A DNA stretch of 37,790 nt from Octopus bimaculoides (taxonomy: Eukaryota), in assembly GCF_001194135.2 (NCBI RefSeq), contig NC_068981.1, forward strand, positions 24,238,352 through 24,276,141. Reading direction: 5' to 3'. The notes beneath the pieces are model-generated. The model saw nothing but the letters and a program-made list of their open reading frames with translations. It was not told the origin of the DNA and ran no database searches. Positions 1-10,294 of the stretch are shown in pieces (positions within the stretch are counted from its first letter, which is position 1; each line of letters opens with the position of its first letter). A program made the position numbers and the translations under genes.

Positions 1-33
<33 letters not shown>

Positions 34-40
34 GTGTGTG
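1..40. repeat. (TG)n microsatellite
   Basis: Near-pure dinucleotide run at the window start. Confidence 0.98.
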
Positions 41-1140
41 TAATATAAGGGAAGGTCAAAGATTATCCTCACTTTGATCGAAACCTTTTTTAGGTTGGCC
101 GCACTGCGTAACAGAGGTTTGACCTTCATTGCTTTAGTTTTCTTTCTTGTGTTACAGAGTAAACATGGCTTCTCCGCTGGCTGTGTGTACCAAGTAGGAG
201 CAGGGATCAGTGATCTGACTTCTCTGGTTTAAAGGTGACAGCGGCTGAAATTCTTCTAAGGCTTTCAATATAATAAGGAGACAGCGTCTCTACCGCATAG
301 AAGTGTGAATAAGTGGATCGAGAAGATTTGAAATGACAAGACAAGGATGAAGCACGAAGAAGGAGTAGCACGCCCATCAACTGCCTTCACTGACGTGAAG
401 ATTCAACAAGCTCGAGAGATGTTTCTGCCAAACTGACCAATGACAACCGATGATGTGCTTTGTTTTCTGCACATTAGTCGTGGTTTTGCATAAGAAATCG
501 TCCACGACAAGCGAGATGGGTTCCAAGAGAACTTAGTGAAACGCATAAGTTTGGGGTTCTATCAAACGCTTACTCGACCGCTACAACGATGAAGGCAAGC
601 GTTTTTGGAGAGAATAGTCACAGGAGATGAGACCTGGTTCCATCATTTTGAGACAGAATCCTAAAGGCAGAGCATGGAGTGGAAAATCCCGAAATCACCA
701 ACGAAACGTAAATTCTCAACCTTCCACAGAAAAAGTGATGCTAACTGTCTTGGAGACGCAAAAGGGTCTCCTACTGAAACATTACCTGCAAAAAAGATCA
801 ACAGTTACCAATATAGGCTACAGTGAAATGCTGGCCAACAAACTGAAATCAGCAATTAGTAGAAAACGTCGAGGCCTATTGTCAAAGCAAGTGTCAATGT
901 TGCACGACAATGCACGCCAACATACAGCCGCCTACACCGTTGAAACTATTAAAAAATTGGACTTCGAGTAGCTGAAACACTATGCATTCAGTTCAGATCT
1001 CATACTTTCCGACTATCACCTCTTTGGACCGCTCAAACATCCTTTACGAGGTTGGAGATTTGCTACGGAAGAAGAAGCAGTGGCTGCATGAACATTCGGA
1101 AACCTTCTTCTCCGAAGGAATAAGCAAGCTTGTGAATAAG
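41..1140 (+). mobile_element. Decayed mariner (DD34D) DNA transposon with transposase pseudogene
   Basis: ATG at 165 begins MASPLAVCTK*EQ. RIVTGDETWFHHFE is at 611-652 and KVMLTV...LLSKQVSMLHDNARQHTAA at about 733-930, followed by FSSDLILSDYHLFGPLK. There are 34 residues between the HDNA Asp and the SDYHLF Asp. Multiple stops and frameshifts are present. The 3' end is replaced by an unrelated repeat at 1145, and the 5' TIR near 41 is only tentative. Confidence 0.93.
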
Positions 1141-1144
1141 ATTG

Positions 1145-1257
1145 TGATGAAGAATTACGGACCTTCTGTTTATGTCTCCTGTTCGATTTCGCATTCAGTA
1201 TACGTTACATCGTTTGTGCATACATTTTTTTTCATTTACCTCTCCATATTAAGAAAT
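1145..1257 (+). repeat. About 110-bp repeat, left arm of an inverted pair (partner 2337-2447)
   Basis: Manual alignment to the reverse complement of 2337-2447 gives 8 substitutions and a 2-nt T-run indel over 113 nt. Confidence 0.93.
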
Positions 1258-1310
1258 AGATGATGTTTTTTTTTATCTTTTACTTGTTTCTGTCTTTAGA
1301 CAGAAACTAG

Positions 1311-1416
1311 AATGCAGAAATGCATCGAAAAGAAATACCTCGAAAAGCAAGAATGCTACATCAAAAAATCATGCAATTGTTTGACAACATTTGTTTGAAA
1401 AATTACAGAAATAAAG
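1311..1416 (+). CDS. Candidate coding exon of an unidentified gene (NAEMHRKEIPRKARMLHQKIMQLFDNICLKNYRNK)
   Basis: Long pyrimidine tract at about 1265-1298 with AG acceptors at 1298-1299, 1309-1310 and 1316-1317. One open frame, with ATG at 1320, ends at a strong donor AAG|GTACGT (1416|1417). No homology recognised. Confidence 0.35.
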
Positions 1417-2119
1417 GTACGTATAATTTTTGACTTGCTCTCGTATAATGTAACGTGAATTAACAGAAGATTAATCAAACAGTGCAGATTTAAATCAAAA
1501 TAATTACTTTCTGAAAACCTTGGACACATTAGTGTTTCAATCAGACAATACACACAGACAGACACACACACACGCACATACATACGCACAATTGCACACA
1601 TGCACACACATTCACTTCATCAACATGAGTGCAAAATAGCAAGTTTATTGAAATAGTTTCGTTCGTATGCACTCGAGGATGACGGGTATATATGAACACA
1701 AGTTTTTGTAAACAAAGTTGAAATGTTATGTTGTAAGTTTCGAACAAGTCTCTGAGGGTAAATTCTCTGCATCAAAGTGATCTACAATTTCATGTATAAA
1801 ATTTAGACTCTGTCATTGGAGTATATCTGTAAATATTCGTCAAATACATCAATAATGTGCGTAAGTATAGGCATGTACACATAATACACAACACAAGCAG
1901 AAGTATAGAAATGATTTTAATGTTTCGGACGTTGACTCTTTATCAGGAAGAAACAGATAGGGGAAAGGAGACAATAAAGGGGAGAACATTAGAAAAAACG
2001 AACGTGGTAACACATGTCTCTCGCAAGTATAAACTCTGTAGATTTATGAACATAGTTATCTGCAATCTTTTAGATATTCTTCTCAATAGTGTGTATGTGT
2101 GTGCGTGTGTGCGTGTGAT

Positions 2120-2328
2120 TTGTGTCTGTTTGTCCCCGAACTACCGCTTGACAACTGGTATTGGTGTGTTTACGTCACTGCAATTCGCGGTTCAGCAAAA
2201 TAAATCGATGGAATAAGTACCAGGATTAAAAAATGTACTAGGGGCGATTTATTCCATTAAAAATTCTTCAAAACGGTGTCCCAGTATGGCCATAATCAAA
2301 AGACAGAAACAAGTGAAAGATAAAGATA
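2120..2328 (+). mobile_element. SINE family 1 (CORE-like octopus SINE), 3' half
   Basis: ccgcttgacaactggtattggtgtgtttacgtc...aataagtacc...ccagtatggcc...gaaacaagtgaaaga matches the 3' halves of the other copies in the window. Confidence 0.85.
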
Positions 2329-2336
2329 TATCTTTT

Positions 2337-2447
2337 ATTTCTTAACATGGGGAGGTAAATGAAAAAATGTATACACAAACGACGTAACGTATACTGAATG
2401 CAAAATCGAACGGGGGACAAAAACAGAAGGTCCGTAATTCTTCATCA
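2337..2447 (-). repeat. About 110-bp repeat, right arm of the inverted pair (partner 1145-1257)
   Basis: About 91% identical to the reverse complement of 1145-1257. Confidence 0.93.
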
Positions 2448-2489
2448 GTTATCGACCAATTGATAATATTCAGTTTCACACCATGTGGG

Positions 2490-2515
2490 TAAGTGTGCGT
2501 GCATGCGTGCGTGTG

Positions 2516-2547
<32 letters not shown>

Positions 2548-2560
2548 TGTGTGTGTGTGA
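2490..2560. repeat. (GT)n/(GCGT)n compound microsatellite
   Basis: Read directly from the sequence. Confidence 0.95.
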
Positions 2561-2714
2561 GTGCTTATTTCTATGTCAGGGTTGTGTTGGACGAATGATA
2601 GAGGAGAGCTCAGTACATGTTTTGAGGATATAGATGTTTTTCTTTTTTGAAATCGCAACTGAATGCTTGTTTCACGACCCGAGTGTCTTTACATACCTTC
2701 ATACATGCATACGC

Positions 2715-2741
2715 ACATACATACATACATACATACATACA

Positions 2742-2775
<34 letters not shown>

Positions 2776-2782
2776 CATACAT
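2715..2782. repeat. (ACAT)n microsatellite, 5' flank of the LINE fragment
   Basis: Read directly from the sequence. Confidence 0.97.
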
Positions 2783-3131
2783 AAACCCAGCGGATGTTAA
2801 CATGAAGCTGAAGATCAGGGAAAAAGAGAAAACCTGTTCTGAACTGTTGAGAAATCTGCAGTTACTTTATCTAGATTACAAGTTCAGGTTTACACCTGTA
2901 TTTATTGGGGCCCTGGGATATGTAACACACTGCCTAAATACCAATCTTGAGAAATTAAGCTTTTCAAAACCAGATTGGAGAAAGCTAATTCGAAGACTAC
3001 AGATCCAATCCATCACTGGAACTGTAAAAATCTGTAAAACTTTCCAGAAGTTTATCATTTAAATATATATGAACATGTCTAGATATGTAACTATATGCAT
3101 GAGAATGCCTACACAAAACATACAAATCTGC
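2783..3131 (+). mobile_element. 5'-truncated R4/Dong-type non-LTR retrotransposon (C-terminus of the restriction-like endonuclease plus short 3' UTR)
   Basis: Open frame PADVNMKLKIREKEKTCSELLRNLQLLY...FTPVFIGALGYV...LEKLSF...LQIQSITGTVKICKTFQKFII*. It fits the R4-clade C-terminal pattern (K..EK..KY..L, P(I/V)xIGALG, LQ...GT..I). The stop is at 3060-3062, and (ACAT)n resumes at 3132. Confidence 0.85.
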
Positions 3132-3165
3132 ACATACATACATACATACATACATGCGTGCATGC

Positions 3166-3228
<63 letters not shown>
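3132..3228. repeat. (ACAT)n followed by (GACA)n microsatellites
   Basis: Read directly from the sequence. Confidence 0.96.
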
Positions 3229-3267
3229 TGTGTTTATGTATGTATGTTAGCTTCCTCTTATCACTAG

Positions 3268-3294
3268 AGAAAAAGCTTCTCCTTTACTTCAATG
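3268..3294 (+). CDS. Candidate 27-nt micro-exon (phase 1 to phase 1; (E)KKLLLYFN)
   Basis: Acceptor cttcctcttatcactAG and strong donor ATG|GTATGT. In frame with the phase-1 donor at 1416. Confidence 0.22.
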
Positions 3295-3472
3295 GTATGT
3301 CAATTTTGGACAAATATTGATACTTCTGATTATTTCGCCTTCTAGAGTGGATCTGGGCTTAACTGTTATTTGGTATCTATGATACAGCTTCTAGAGTTGG
3401 AAATAATTTTAATAAATCAAGAATTTATGTCGAATGCTATTTTATATACTTGTATGTATGAATGTGTGCATG

Positions 3473-3478
<6 letters not shown>

Positions 3479-3513
<35 letters not shown>

Positions 3514-3912
3514 NNNNNNNNNNNNNNNNNNNNNNNNNNNNNNNNNNNNNNNNNNNNNNNNNNNNNNNNNNNNNNNNNNNNNNNNNNNNNNNNNNNNNNN
3601 NNNNNNNNNNNNNNNNNNNNNNNNNNNNNNNNNNNNNNNNNNNNNNNNNNNNNNNNNNNNNNNNNNNNNNNNNNNNNNNNNNNNNNNNNNNNNNNNNNNN
3701 NNNNNNNNNNNNNNNNNNNNNNNNNNNNNNNNNNNNNNNNNNNNNNNNNNNNNNNNNNNNNNNNNNNNNNNNNNNNNNNNNNNNNNNNNNNNNNNNNNNN
3801 NNNNNNNNNNNNNNNNNNNNNNNNNNNNNNNNNNNNNNNNNNNNNNNNNNNNNNNNNNNNNNNNNNNNNNNNNNNNNNNNNNNATATATATATATATATA
3901 TATATGACAGAC

Positions 3913-3994
<82 letters not shown>

Positions 3995-3995
3995 T
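3479..3995. repeat. (TA)n, assembly gap (N 3514-3883), (TA)n, (GATA)n
   Basis: Read directly from the sequence. Confidence 0.97.
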
Positions 3996-5020
3996 CTTAA
4001 ATAGATAGTTACATACATACGTTTGTATGAAAAAAGAGTGCTGGCTGACAACTGTCACATAAACAGACGTAGAATTTATCCGGAGTGACCTTTTCATAAA
4101 TTTTCCTGCCAACATTTTCCTGTCGATTCCTGTTACCGTTTTTTTTTCTTTTTTTCTTTTGCCGCTTTTTGGAAATGAATGTTGATGACAATTCTTGAAA
4201 TCGTATTCAGAGAAATACTGATAGACGATCCATCGGGACTGATAGTACGCAGTATTATAGGTTCTTTGAACTAGGCATTTAAAACGATATAGTGCATGCT
4301 ATATGACTGCAACAGGGATATTCCACATACTTAATATGTCTTTCAGTCGTTGTAATCTATATTGCTGAATATAAGAATTGGTCGTCCACTTCTGTAAACT
4401 ATGGATTTATTAAATGTTCTTGCTATATCTACTATTAAGGAAATTAATACCATTCAGTCTGATAGTGTTAGCTTCTATAGCTTCTATAGTCACTAATGCT
4501 GACAGATATAGCAGCCATATTTGCTTCAGATGACACTCTACCGTCTTGCAAAAGTGAGACAAGTTGGAGAATGTTGTTGCAGAGATATTTACCGGGCCAT
4601 GGGCAGGGTTACCGTAGTTATAAGGGTTTCGGTCACGAGTCTATTCAGACAAGATTACTTTGGGGTGAGGAACTAAACTTCAGTAACAATACACCGACAA
4701 CATAACAGCAAAAACAAAATATGAATTTAAGGAGAGGTCGTTGATATACCTTATATGGTGCCTTCAGGGGAGAAACACAAATGAAATAATGAGTGTTAAT
4801 TATTCAATCTAATTTTTTATATTAGGAACAATGAATTTTAATGGATTCAAGGAACATATAGGTATATACGTTGGTCCTAATTAGATATACGTATTATCAA
4901 ATGTTTTCGTGCTGTGACCATCCATAATTACGTTTAGGTATTTGTTTTGGAAGATTCCTGGTATGAAATCGTGTGTTGAATTAGATAGTTTTATTTAAGG
5001 ATGGTCATATCTCTTGCCAA

Positions 5021-5288
5021 TTAACCAATTAACCACACGCACGATATACGTGTTCTTCACTTCAGCTTTGATATTATTCTTATTTTAGTGTCCTTTGTCT
5101 GAAATCTTTCGTCACACATCCTGTGACCTCTTCAGCGACTCACATCCCACATGGAGACACGTGTGATGGAGATTCGTTGAAGAGGTCACAAGGTGTGTGA
5201 CGAAAGATTTCAGGTACAGGACACTAAAATAAGAATAATAAAGTTGAAGTGATGAACAAGTATACGATGCGTCTGGTTATTTGGTAAA
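5021..5288. repeat. Long imperfect palindrome (about 128-bp arms) of Penelope-like terminal repeat sequence, with hammerhead-like cores
   Basis: 5030-5141 versus the reverse complement of 5171-5279 shows 14 substitutions and a 3-nt indel (about 85%). Each arm reads (C/T)TGAAGA-G-GTCACA-loop-TGTGAC-GAAA-GATTTC. The palindrome is seen directly; the Penelope origin is inferred. Confidence 0.8.
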
Positions 5289-5859
5289 AAAAATTAAATG
5301 ACCCCCACCACAAATATAACAACCTCCATAATTCTTATGCGAGTTACTCAAGGCCATAGATTTTTAGTACTAGGCCTGGTTGGAGTCAAAATATGGCATT
5401 TGATGCTGATGATGTCTATCAATCTAGGACCAAGTAGTCACAGAACTCTTGCCTTCAGAAAAATAGTCTTTACCACAATGGCCCATTAATTTCAGGGAAA
5501 CGCACATTTCTTGAGATTATCTCCCCTTCTAATTCGGAGTCTGTCGCAATTGCCGCTAGATGCTTATTTACTCCTGCTCGAATCGAAGAAAATTTCAGCA
5601 AATGAAAAATTGACCATGTATCACATTTACCATCTTGTTATGTGCCCTTTGAAATTCCAAGACAGAGGGGGTGTTATAAAGGGAAGTAATGGTTGCTACT
5701 TTTAACAGACTGAGCAATTAGGTAGGGGTTCTGTCATTCGTTCGGTTTAGTGGAAGGGGAGTTAAGATAGATAAAGAATAAAACTAGGGAAGTGAAAATA
5801 AATGAAAGGTAATTAATATTTTAGATTATACAGACGCCTTGTGTATCTCTAGAAAAATG

Positions 5860-5862
<3 letters not shown>

Positions 5863-5923
<61 letters not shown>

Positions 5924-6138
5924 GATATAGAAATAAATTGATTAATAGGTAGGTAAGTAGGTAGATAGGTAGGTAGGTAGGTAGGTAGGTAGGTAGGTAG
6001 GTAGGTAGGTAGGTAGGTAGAGAAATAGATAGACTGACCGACAGACAGGTTGATACACAGACAGATAGACAGACAGACAGACGGACGGACGAACAGACGG
6101 ACGTACGGACAGACAGACAGATAGACAGACAGACAGAC

Positions 6139-6198
<60 letters not shown>
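5863..6198. repeat. Compound microsatellite block (GT)n, (GTAG)n, (GACA/GACG)n, (GATA)n
   Basis: Read directly from the sequence. Confidence 0.97.
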
Positions 6199-6645
6199 TC
6201 TGCTCTTAGTTCTTTTCATCTAAATTTAGTCTACACACAACAACGTCGATAACATTGGTAAAGTCGGCTCGCATGTAATTCCTGTAATTCATAAATTTTC
6301 CACAGCTTAGTTATTAGTACTACTGAGACATATACGAAGATAAAAGACTATTGGCTGGTGCTGCATAATAATTAGCTTAACTCTTGTTATATTTCATATT
6401 AGTGTACTAGCTGATTTGGTATTAATATTGAAACTAAAACATACGATTAACACTCTTATGTGTATCAACATTTATAATTGAAAATACGTAAAACGAACTT
6501 TAATTTTCTTTAGAAGTTATACAATTTATAGACACTATTCTTCTTAATTATAAGAACGAAAATATTACTTGATTCTGTTAATTAATAGCAAAATGAAACT
6601 ACAATCTCAGCAGTCGTGTATAATTAATACTATTTTATTATTCAG

Positions 6646-6698
6646 ATCGAACCAAAGGGGTCACGTGGAAGCATACGTGATAAGCTAAAATGTTATAT
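6646..6698 (+). CDS. Candidate 53-nt internal exon (IEPKGSRGSIRDKLKCY; phase 0 to phase 2)
   Basis: Acceptor tattttattattcAG and donor AT|GTAATT. Only frame 0 is open through the exon, and the phase matches the candidate terminal exon at 18232. Confidence 0.33.
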
Positions 6699-8391
6699 GT
6701 AATTGAGAATATCTGAACCGAGCTGCTTGCAAGTCGATCAGCAGTCACGATCGAATGGCGAAATATTCATATGAACACGTAGACAAGTCATAACTTACAA
6801 GTCTAGAGGGATAAATACTCTGAGTGAAAAGCCATTATACACGAAACCTATGATTTTAGTGACTGGAGCTTTGATTCAGAAAATGTGTGTTCTTTGATCA
6901 TGATATCACCTTCGTCCGTGATAAACAACTCAGTTAGTCATCTATATATAGTTCGCTTTTTCGCAAATTCTAAACACACATGCCAAACTGCGTGACGATG
7001 AGATCTTTCAAGTAAGAGAATAATTGCTTTTCATTCTGATAACTCTTTCCCTCATTACATATCCTACGTTATTAACGAAAATAAATGCTAATATTCTTAG
7101 AATGAGATGTTATCGTATGCTAAATTGTTATGCTTAATGGAGGAAATGTTACACCACCACGACTAGCTTCCTCTTCATAATATCTCTCTAGATCCTTGCT
7201 GTGTTTTCATTTTATTATTTCATTCTATTTTTTTAGTTTTTAGTTTTATAATTTCGAAATTGATCATTAGTTCAGTTCGAAGGGGAAATTATTTTCTCCT
7301 TGCTTTATATAACTCTTGCTATTTTCCCACCGGTTTCGGGTGACTCACTTCATATCAAGAGTGATGGTAGTTGAACAGCTTGTACACTTCATGTGTTATC
7401 GATACTTGGTTCAGAAATGGACTTAATGTTTTATTCATATTTTGTTCACCGTCTCACTTGTTTTATTCATTTTTCTTTTCATTACTTCGAAGATTGTTAT
7501 TGATCTACATTCGGAAATAAAAAAAAAACAAGAATAATTAATGCACTAACTTATTTTAGGTTAAACACAAAGGCGTAATAACTTAGAGAGGTGTGACATT
7601 CATGCCTTTCTCGGGAGCATTGACTGTTTCAGTTAACTGAAAAAAAAAAATCAACGCGGAATCGAAACCAAGTCGCAGAATTTGGTTACTGAGGAATTTA
7701 GCAATTAGTGTGCACTATTCGCCACAGTACAATTAAAATATTTGATGCAGAAACAAAAACAAAGGAATGTGTTTACTTATTCTTCATCAAGAGAAAGTGA
7801 TATTAATGTCTCTGTTATTACGAAATTCGTTTGAAAATGTGCTGTTTATGTGTAAATGAAGATTGCTGTTTGTGGCATTCGTTAAACGTATCATTTTCTC
7901 TTCCTCTAATTAAATAGTATATAATGTCACAGCTATACTCCAAAATAGCCTCATTTCTGCCAAATTCTGTCATAAAAGAACAACTATAAATGGAACTCTT
8001 TCAGGCAGATATTTAAACTTTCAAACACATAGTTAAGCTGAGCAAATAATGAGGGTATATATAGTAGATAAAACAGACAGCGATTCACATCATACTTTTA
8101 TACAATTGCAACACATTTAGCGAGGCCAATCATTTTTTTTTTTTTCTATACACAAATATTGATTTCTTACACTGACAGAAGGCGACACAGTTACAAAACA
8201 CTTTTATACGATCAAACCACTCTCCAGTATATTGCTGGTATATTTGTCATTGCTGCTGGTGGCATGAAAATCAAAATATATTACTGCATATCTTAACTTG
8301 AAACGTACATTTTCACTGTACTTTACTGATTGTGAAATTGACAGCCCCTTTCAAAACGGACCTCAGTATGCTAATGGTAGGTGTTGGACCC

Positions 8392-8513
8392 GGTGACCGG
8401 TAAATTCTACCGTGGTAAATTCCACCACGGAAAATTCCACCAGGTAAATTTCACCATAGGTAAATTCCACCACGGTATATTCCACCAAGGTAAATTTCAC
8501 CATAGGTGAAATT
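8392..8513 (+). repeat. Left TIR, array of about 15-bp units (consensus GGTAAATTCCACCAC)
   Basis: Units start at 8399, 8414, 8429, 8443, 8459, 8474 and 8489. Confidence 0.93.
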
Positions 8514-8548
8514 ATTATTGCTGTTATTATTATTTTTGTTATTATTAA

Positions 8549-8581
<33 letters not shown>

Positions 8582-8601
8582 CATTATTATTATTATTATT
8601 A

Positions 8602-8660
<59 letters not shown>
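8511..8660. repeat. (ATT)n trinucleotide microsatellite
   Basis: Read directly. It explains the poly-Leu and poly-Ile ORFs. Confidence 0.98.
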
Positions 8661-8662
<2 letters not shown>

Positions 8663-9790
8663 ATGGGCTACGATATTATGGAAATAAATAGAAGAATGTA
8701 TAAAAAAATAATATCAATAATGTCCATGAATACAAAAAATACGAGGGGAAAAAAATAATTAAGGAACAGCCAGACAAAGAAATACCAGGTGAATACTTTA
8801 AACACCTGAATGAGGAAGGGGTAACAAAAAGATACTCATTGAAATTTATAAAACAAAGCAAATACTCAATGAGAGATAAAAATATTATACAATATTTACA
8901 AGAGAGAAACGACTGTTATGGAAGAAAAAAAGACATGCAGATATTGCAAAAAAACAAAACAAAAAAGAAAAACAAAGGAAATATCGAACACAAGGCAATA
9001 CAATGTGGAAAAATAGCAGAGACGAAAAGTAAAGAGAGACACGATGAGATAGCCATGACAATCTTTGCAAACTTACTGCAGCAATAGTGGAGGTGCAATG
9101 GCCCAGTGGCCCAGTGGTTAGGGCAGCGGACTCGCAGTCATAGGTTCGCGGTTTCGATTCCCAGACCAGGCGTTGTGAGTGTTTATTGAGCGAAAACACC
9201 TAAAGCTCCACGAGGCTCTGGCAGGGGATGGNNNNNNNNNNCACAACTTTCTCTCACTCTTACTTCCTCTTTCTGTTGTGCCTGTAATTCGAAGGGTCAG
9301 CCTTGTCACACTGTGTCACGCTGAATCTCCCCGAGAACTACGTCAAGGGTACACGTGTCTGTGGAGTGCTCAGCCACTTGCACATTAATTTCACGAGCAA
9401 GCTGTTCCGTTGATCGGATCAACTGGAACCCTCGACGTCGTAAGCGACGGAGTGCCAACAACTGCAGCAATGTAACATATCAAAAAAAAAAAAAAAAAGC
9501 AGAAAATCAGAAACGTGCAAATAGAAAAGGTAACAACTGAAAAGGTTAAGATTTTAGTAAATAGCCCAGTAATGACACCAAACCATATAGAATTCAATAA
9601 ACCCAATATTACAATATTTGACCACGAACGAAAAGAAACAATAATAATCGAAATTGAAATAACATCGACAAAAAACTGAACGAAGTGGAAATGACAAAAA
9701 TACAAAAGTGTAATAGACTTGCTAAAGAAATTAAACAGATGAATGGATATAAGGTTAAAATAATACCATTTATAACGGAATGGTTTGAGA
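8661..9790 (+). mobile_element. R4/Dong-type non-LTR retrotransposon fragment (CCHC zinc knuckle plus restriction-like endonuclease), split by a SINE
   Basis: Across frameshifts it reads YLQERNDCYGRK-TCRYC...NIEHKAIQC...KERHDEIAMTIFANLLQQ [SINE] ...KIRNVQIEKVTTEKVKILVNSPVMTPNHIEFNKPNITIFDHERKETIIIEIEITS..LNEVEMTKIQKCNRLAKEIKQMNGYKVKIIPF. This gives the C-x2-C/H/C knuckle, RH(D/N) motif and a decayed PD-(D/E)xK nuclease. The C-terminus and 3' UTR are missing. Confidence 0.85.
9086..9460 (+). mobile_element. SINE family 3 (tRNA-derived), full length with 11-bp TSD
   Basis: A box TGGCCCAGTGG (partly duplicated), B box GTTTCGATTCC and a tail ending ...ggagtgccaaca. TSD ACTGCAGCAAT at 9075-9085 and 9461-9471. 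There is a 10-N gap at 9232-9241. Confidence 0.93.
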
Positions 9791-9819
9791 CGGAATGGTT
9801 TCAAAGAGGGGAAAAAAAA

Positions 9820-10215
9820 GACGAAATGTACATTTGGTGCAGTGTAGTCAACAGGGACAGTGCCTAAGATGGGAGGAATATATGGTCAATCGCAAAATCA
9901 CATGGAAAGAACTTTGGGCTTGGGAACAAGCAAGAACATCCTTCCTGATCAAGTCCATCTTCGACGTTTTGCCGTCACCGGTCAATTTAGTCCGGCTGAT
10001 GAATGTAAATGCAGAGAGAAAGCGACAATGAGACATGTTCTGTAAAAACTGCTGGCTGGCACTGGACAGATATACATGGCGTCACAACCAAGTCCTCGGT
10101 GTTATAAGCACAGCACTCAAGGAGAAAATCGAGGAGTACAGTAGGGGGGAGTACTCGAAAGTGGAAAAGCGCGGAAGGATATACCTCTAGAAGGAAGGAA
10201 AAGGACATAAGACCA
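9820..10215 (+). mobile_element. HERO-type non-LTR retrotransposon fragment (pre-knuckle region plus CCHC knuckle)
   Basis: VQCSQQGQCLRWEEYMVNRKITWKELWAWEQARTSFLIKSIFDVLPSPVNLVR...DECKCREKATMRHVL..CWLALDRYTWRHNQVLGVISTALKEKIEE, read across frameshifts. The DVLPSPxNL and RYTWRHNQVL motifs are typical of HERO. There is no RT and no endonuclease. Confidence 0.85.
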
Positions 10216-10294
10216 GGTATTGACCCACGGTCCAGAGAAACTGACCACGGTGATTATTAGCGGGAGCAGCTTATATTGGAAGTCTGTCCATAGC

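Noticed and set aside
41-1251. Pairing 41-62 with 1231-1251 as the mariner TIRs
   Set aside because: The similarity is weak, and 1145-1257 is better explained as a separate repeat with a 91% copy at 2337-2447.
1807-1860. Candidate exon ending in a strong GTAAGT donor (TLSLEYICKYSSNTSIMC)
   Set aside because: The acceptor is weak, and phase 0 is incompatible with the phase-1 donor at 1416.
3370-4115. Overlapping 150-230-aa ORFs (the same applies to those at 14531-16741, 28877-29476 and 34338-35433)
   Set aside because: They are read-through of N-gaps and di- or tetranucleotide microsatellites.
4620-4650. Hammerhead-like motif on the minus strand (ctgaata...gaccgaaaccc)
   Set aside because: G8 is missing and no convincing stem II forms.
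7327-7360. Hammerhead-like motif on the minus strand (tgatatgaagtgagtcacccgaaaccggtg)
   Set aside because: The palindromic ACCGGT suggests a decayed Penelope terminal repeat, but the core has an insertion, stem II cannot close and the cleavage position is G.
8399-8504. About 15-bp repeat array considered as a CRISPR array
   Set aside because: The units are contiguous with no unique spacers, there are no cas genes, the context is eukaryotic, and the array has an inverted partner plus a TSD. It is a transposon TIR.
9086-9165. Possible tRNA gene (also the other SINE heads)
   Set aside because: A and B boxes are present but there is no complete cloverleaf or acceptor stem, and each continues into a SINE body.
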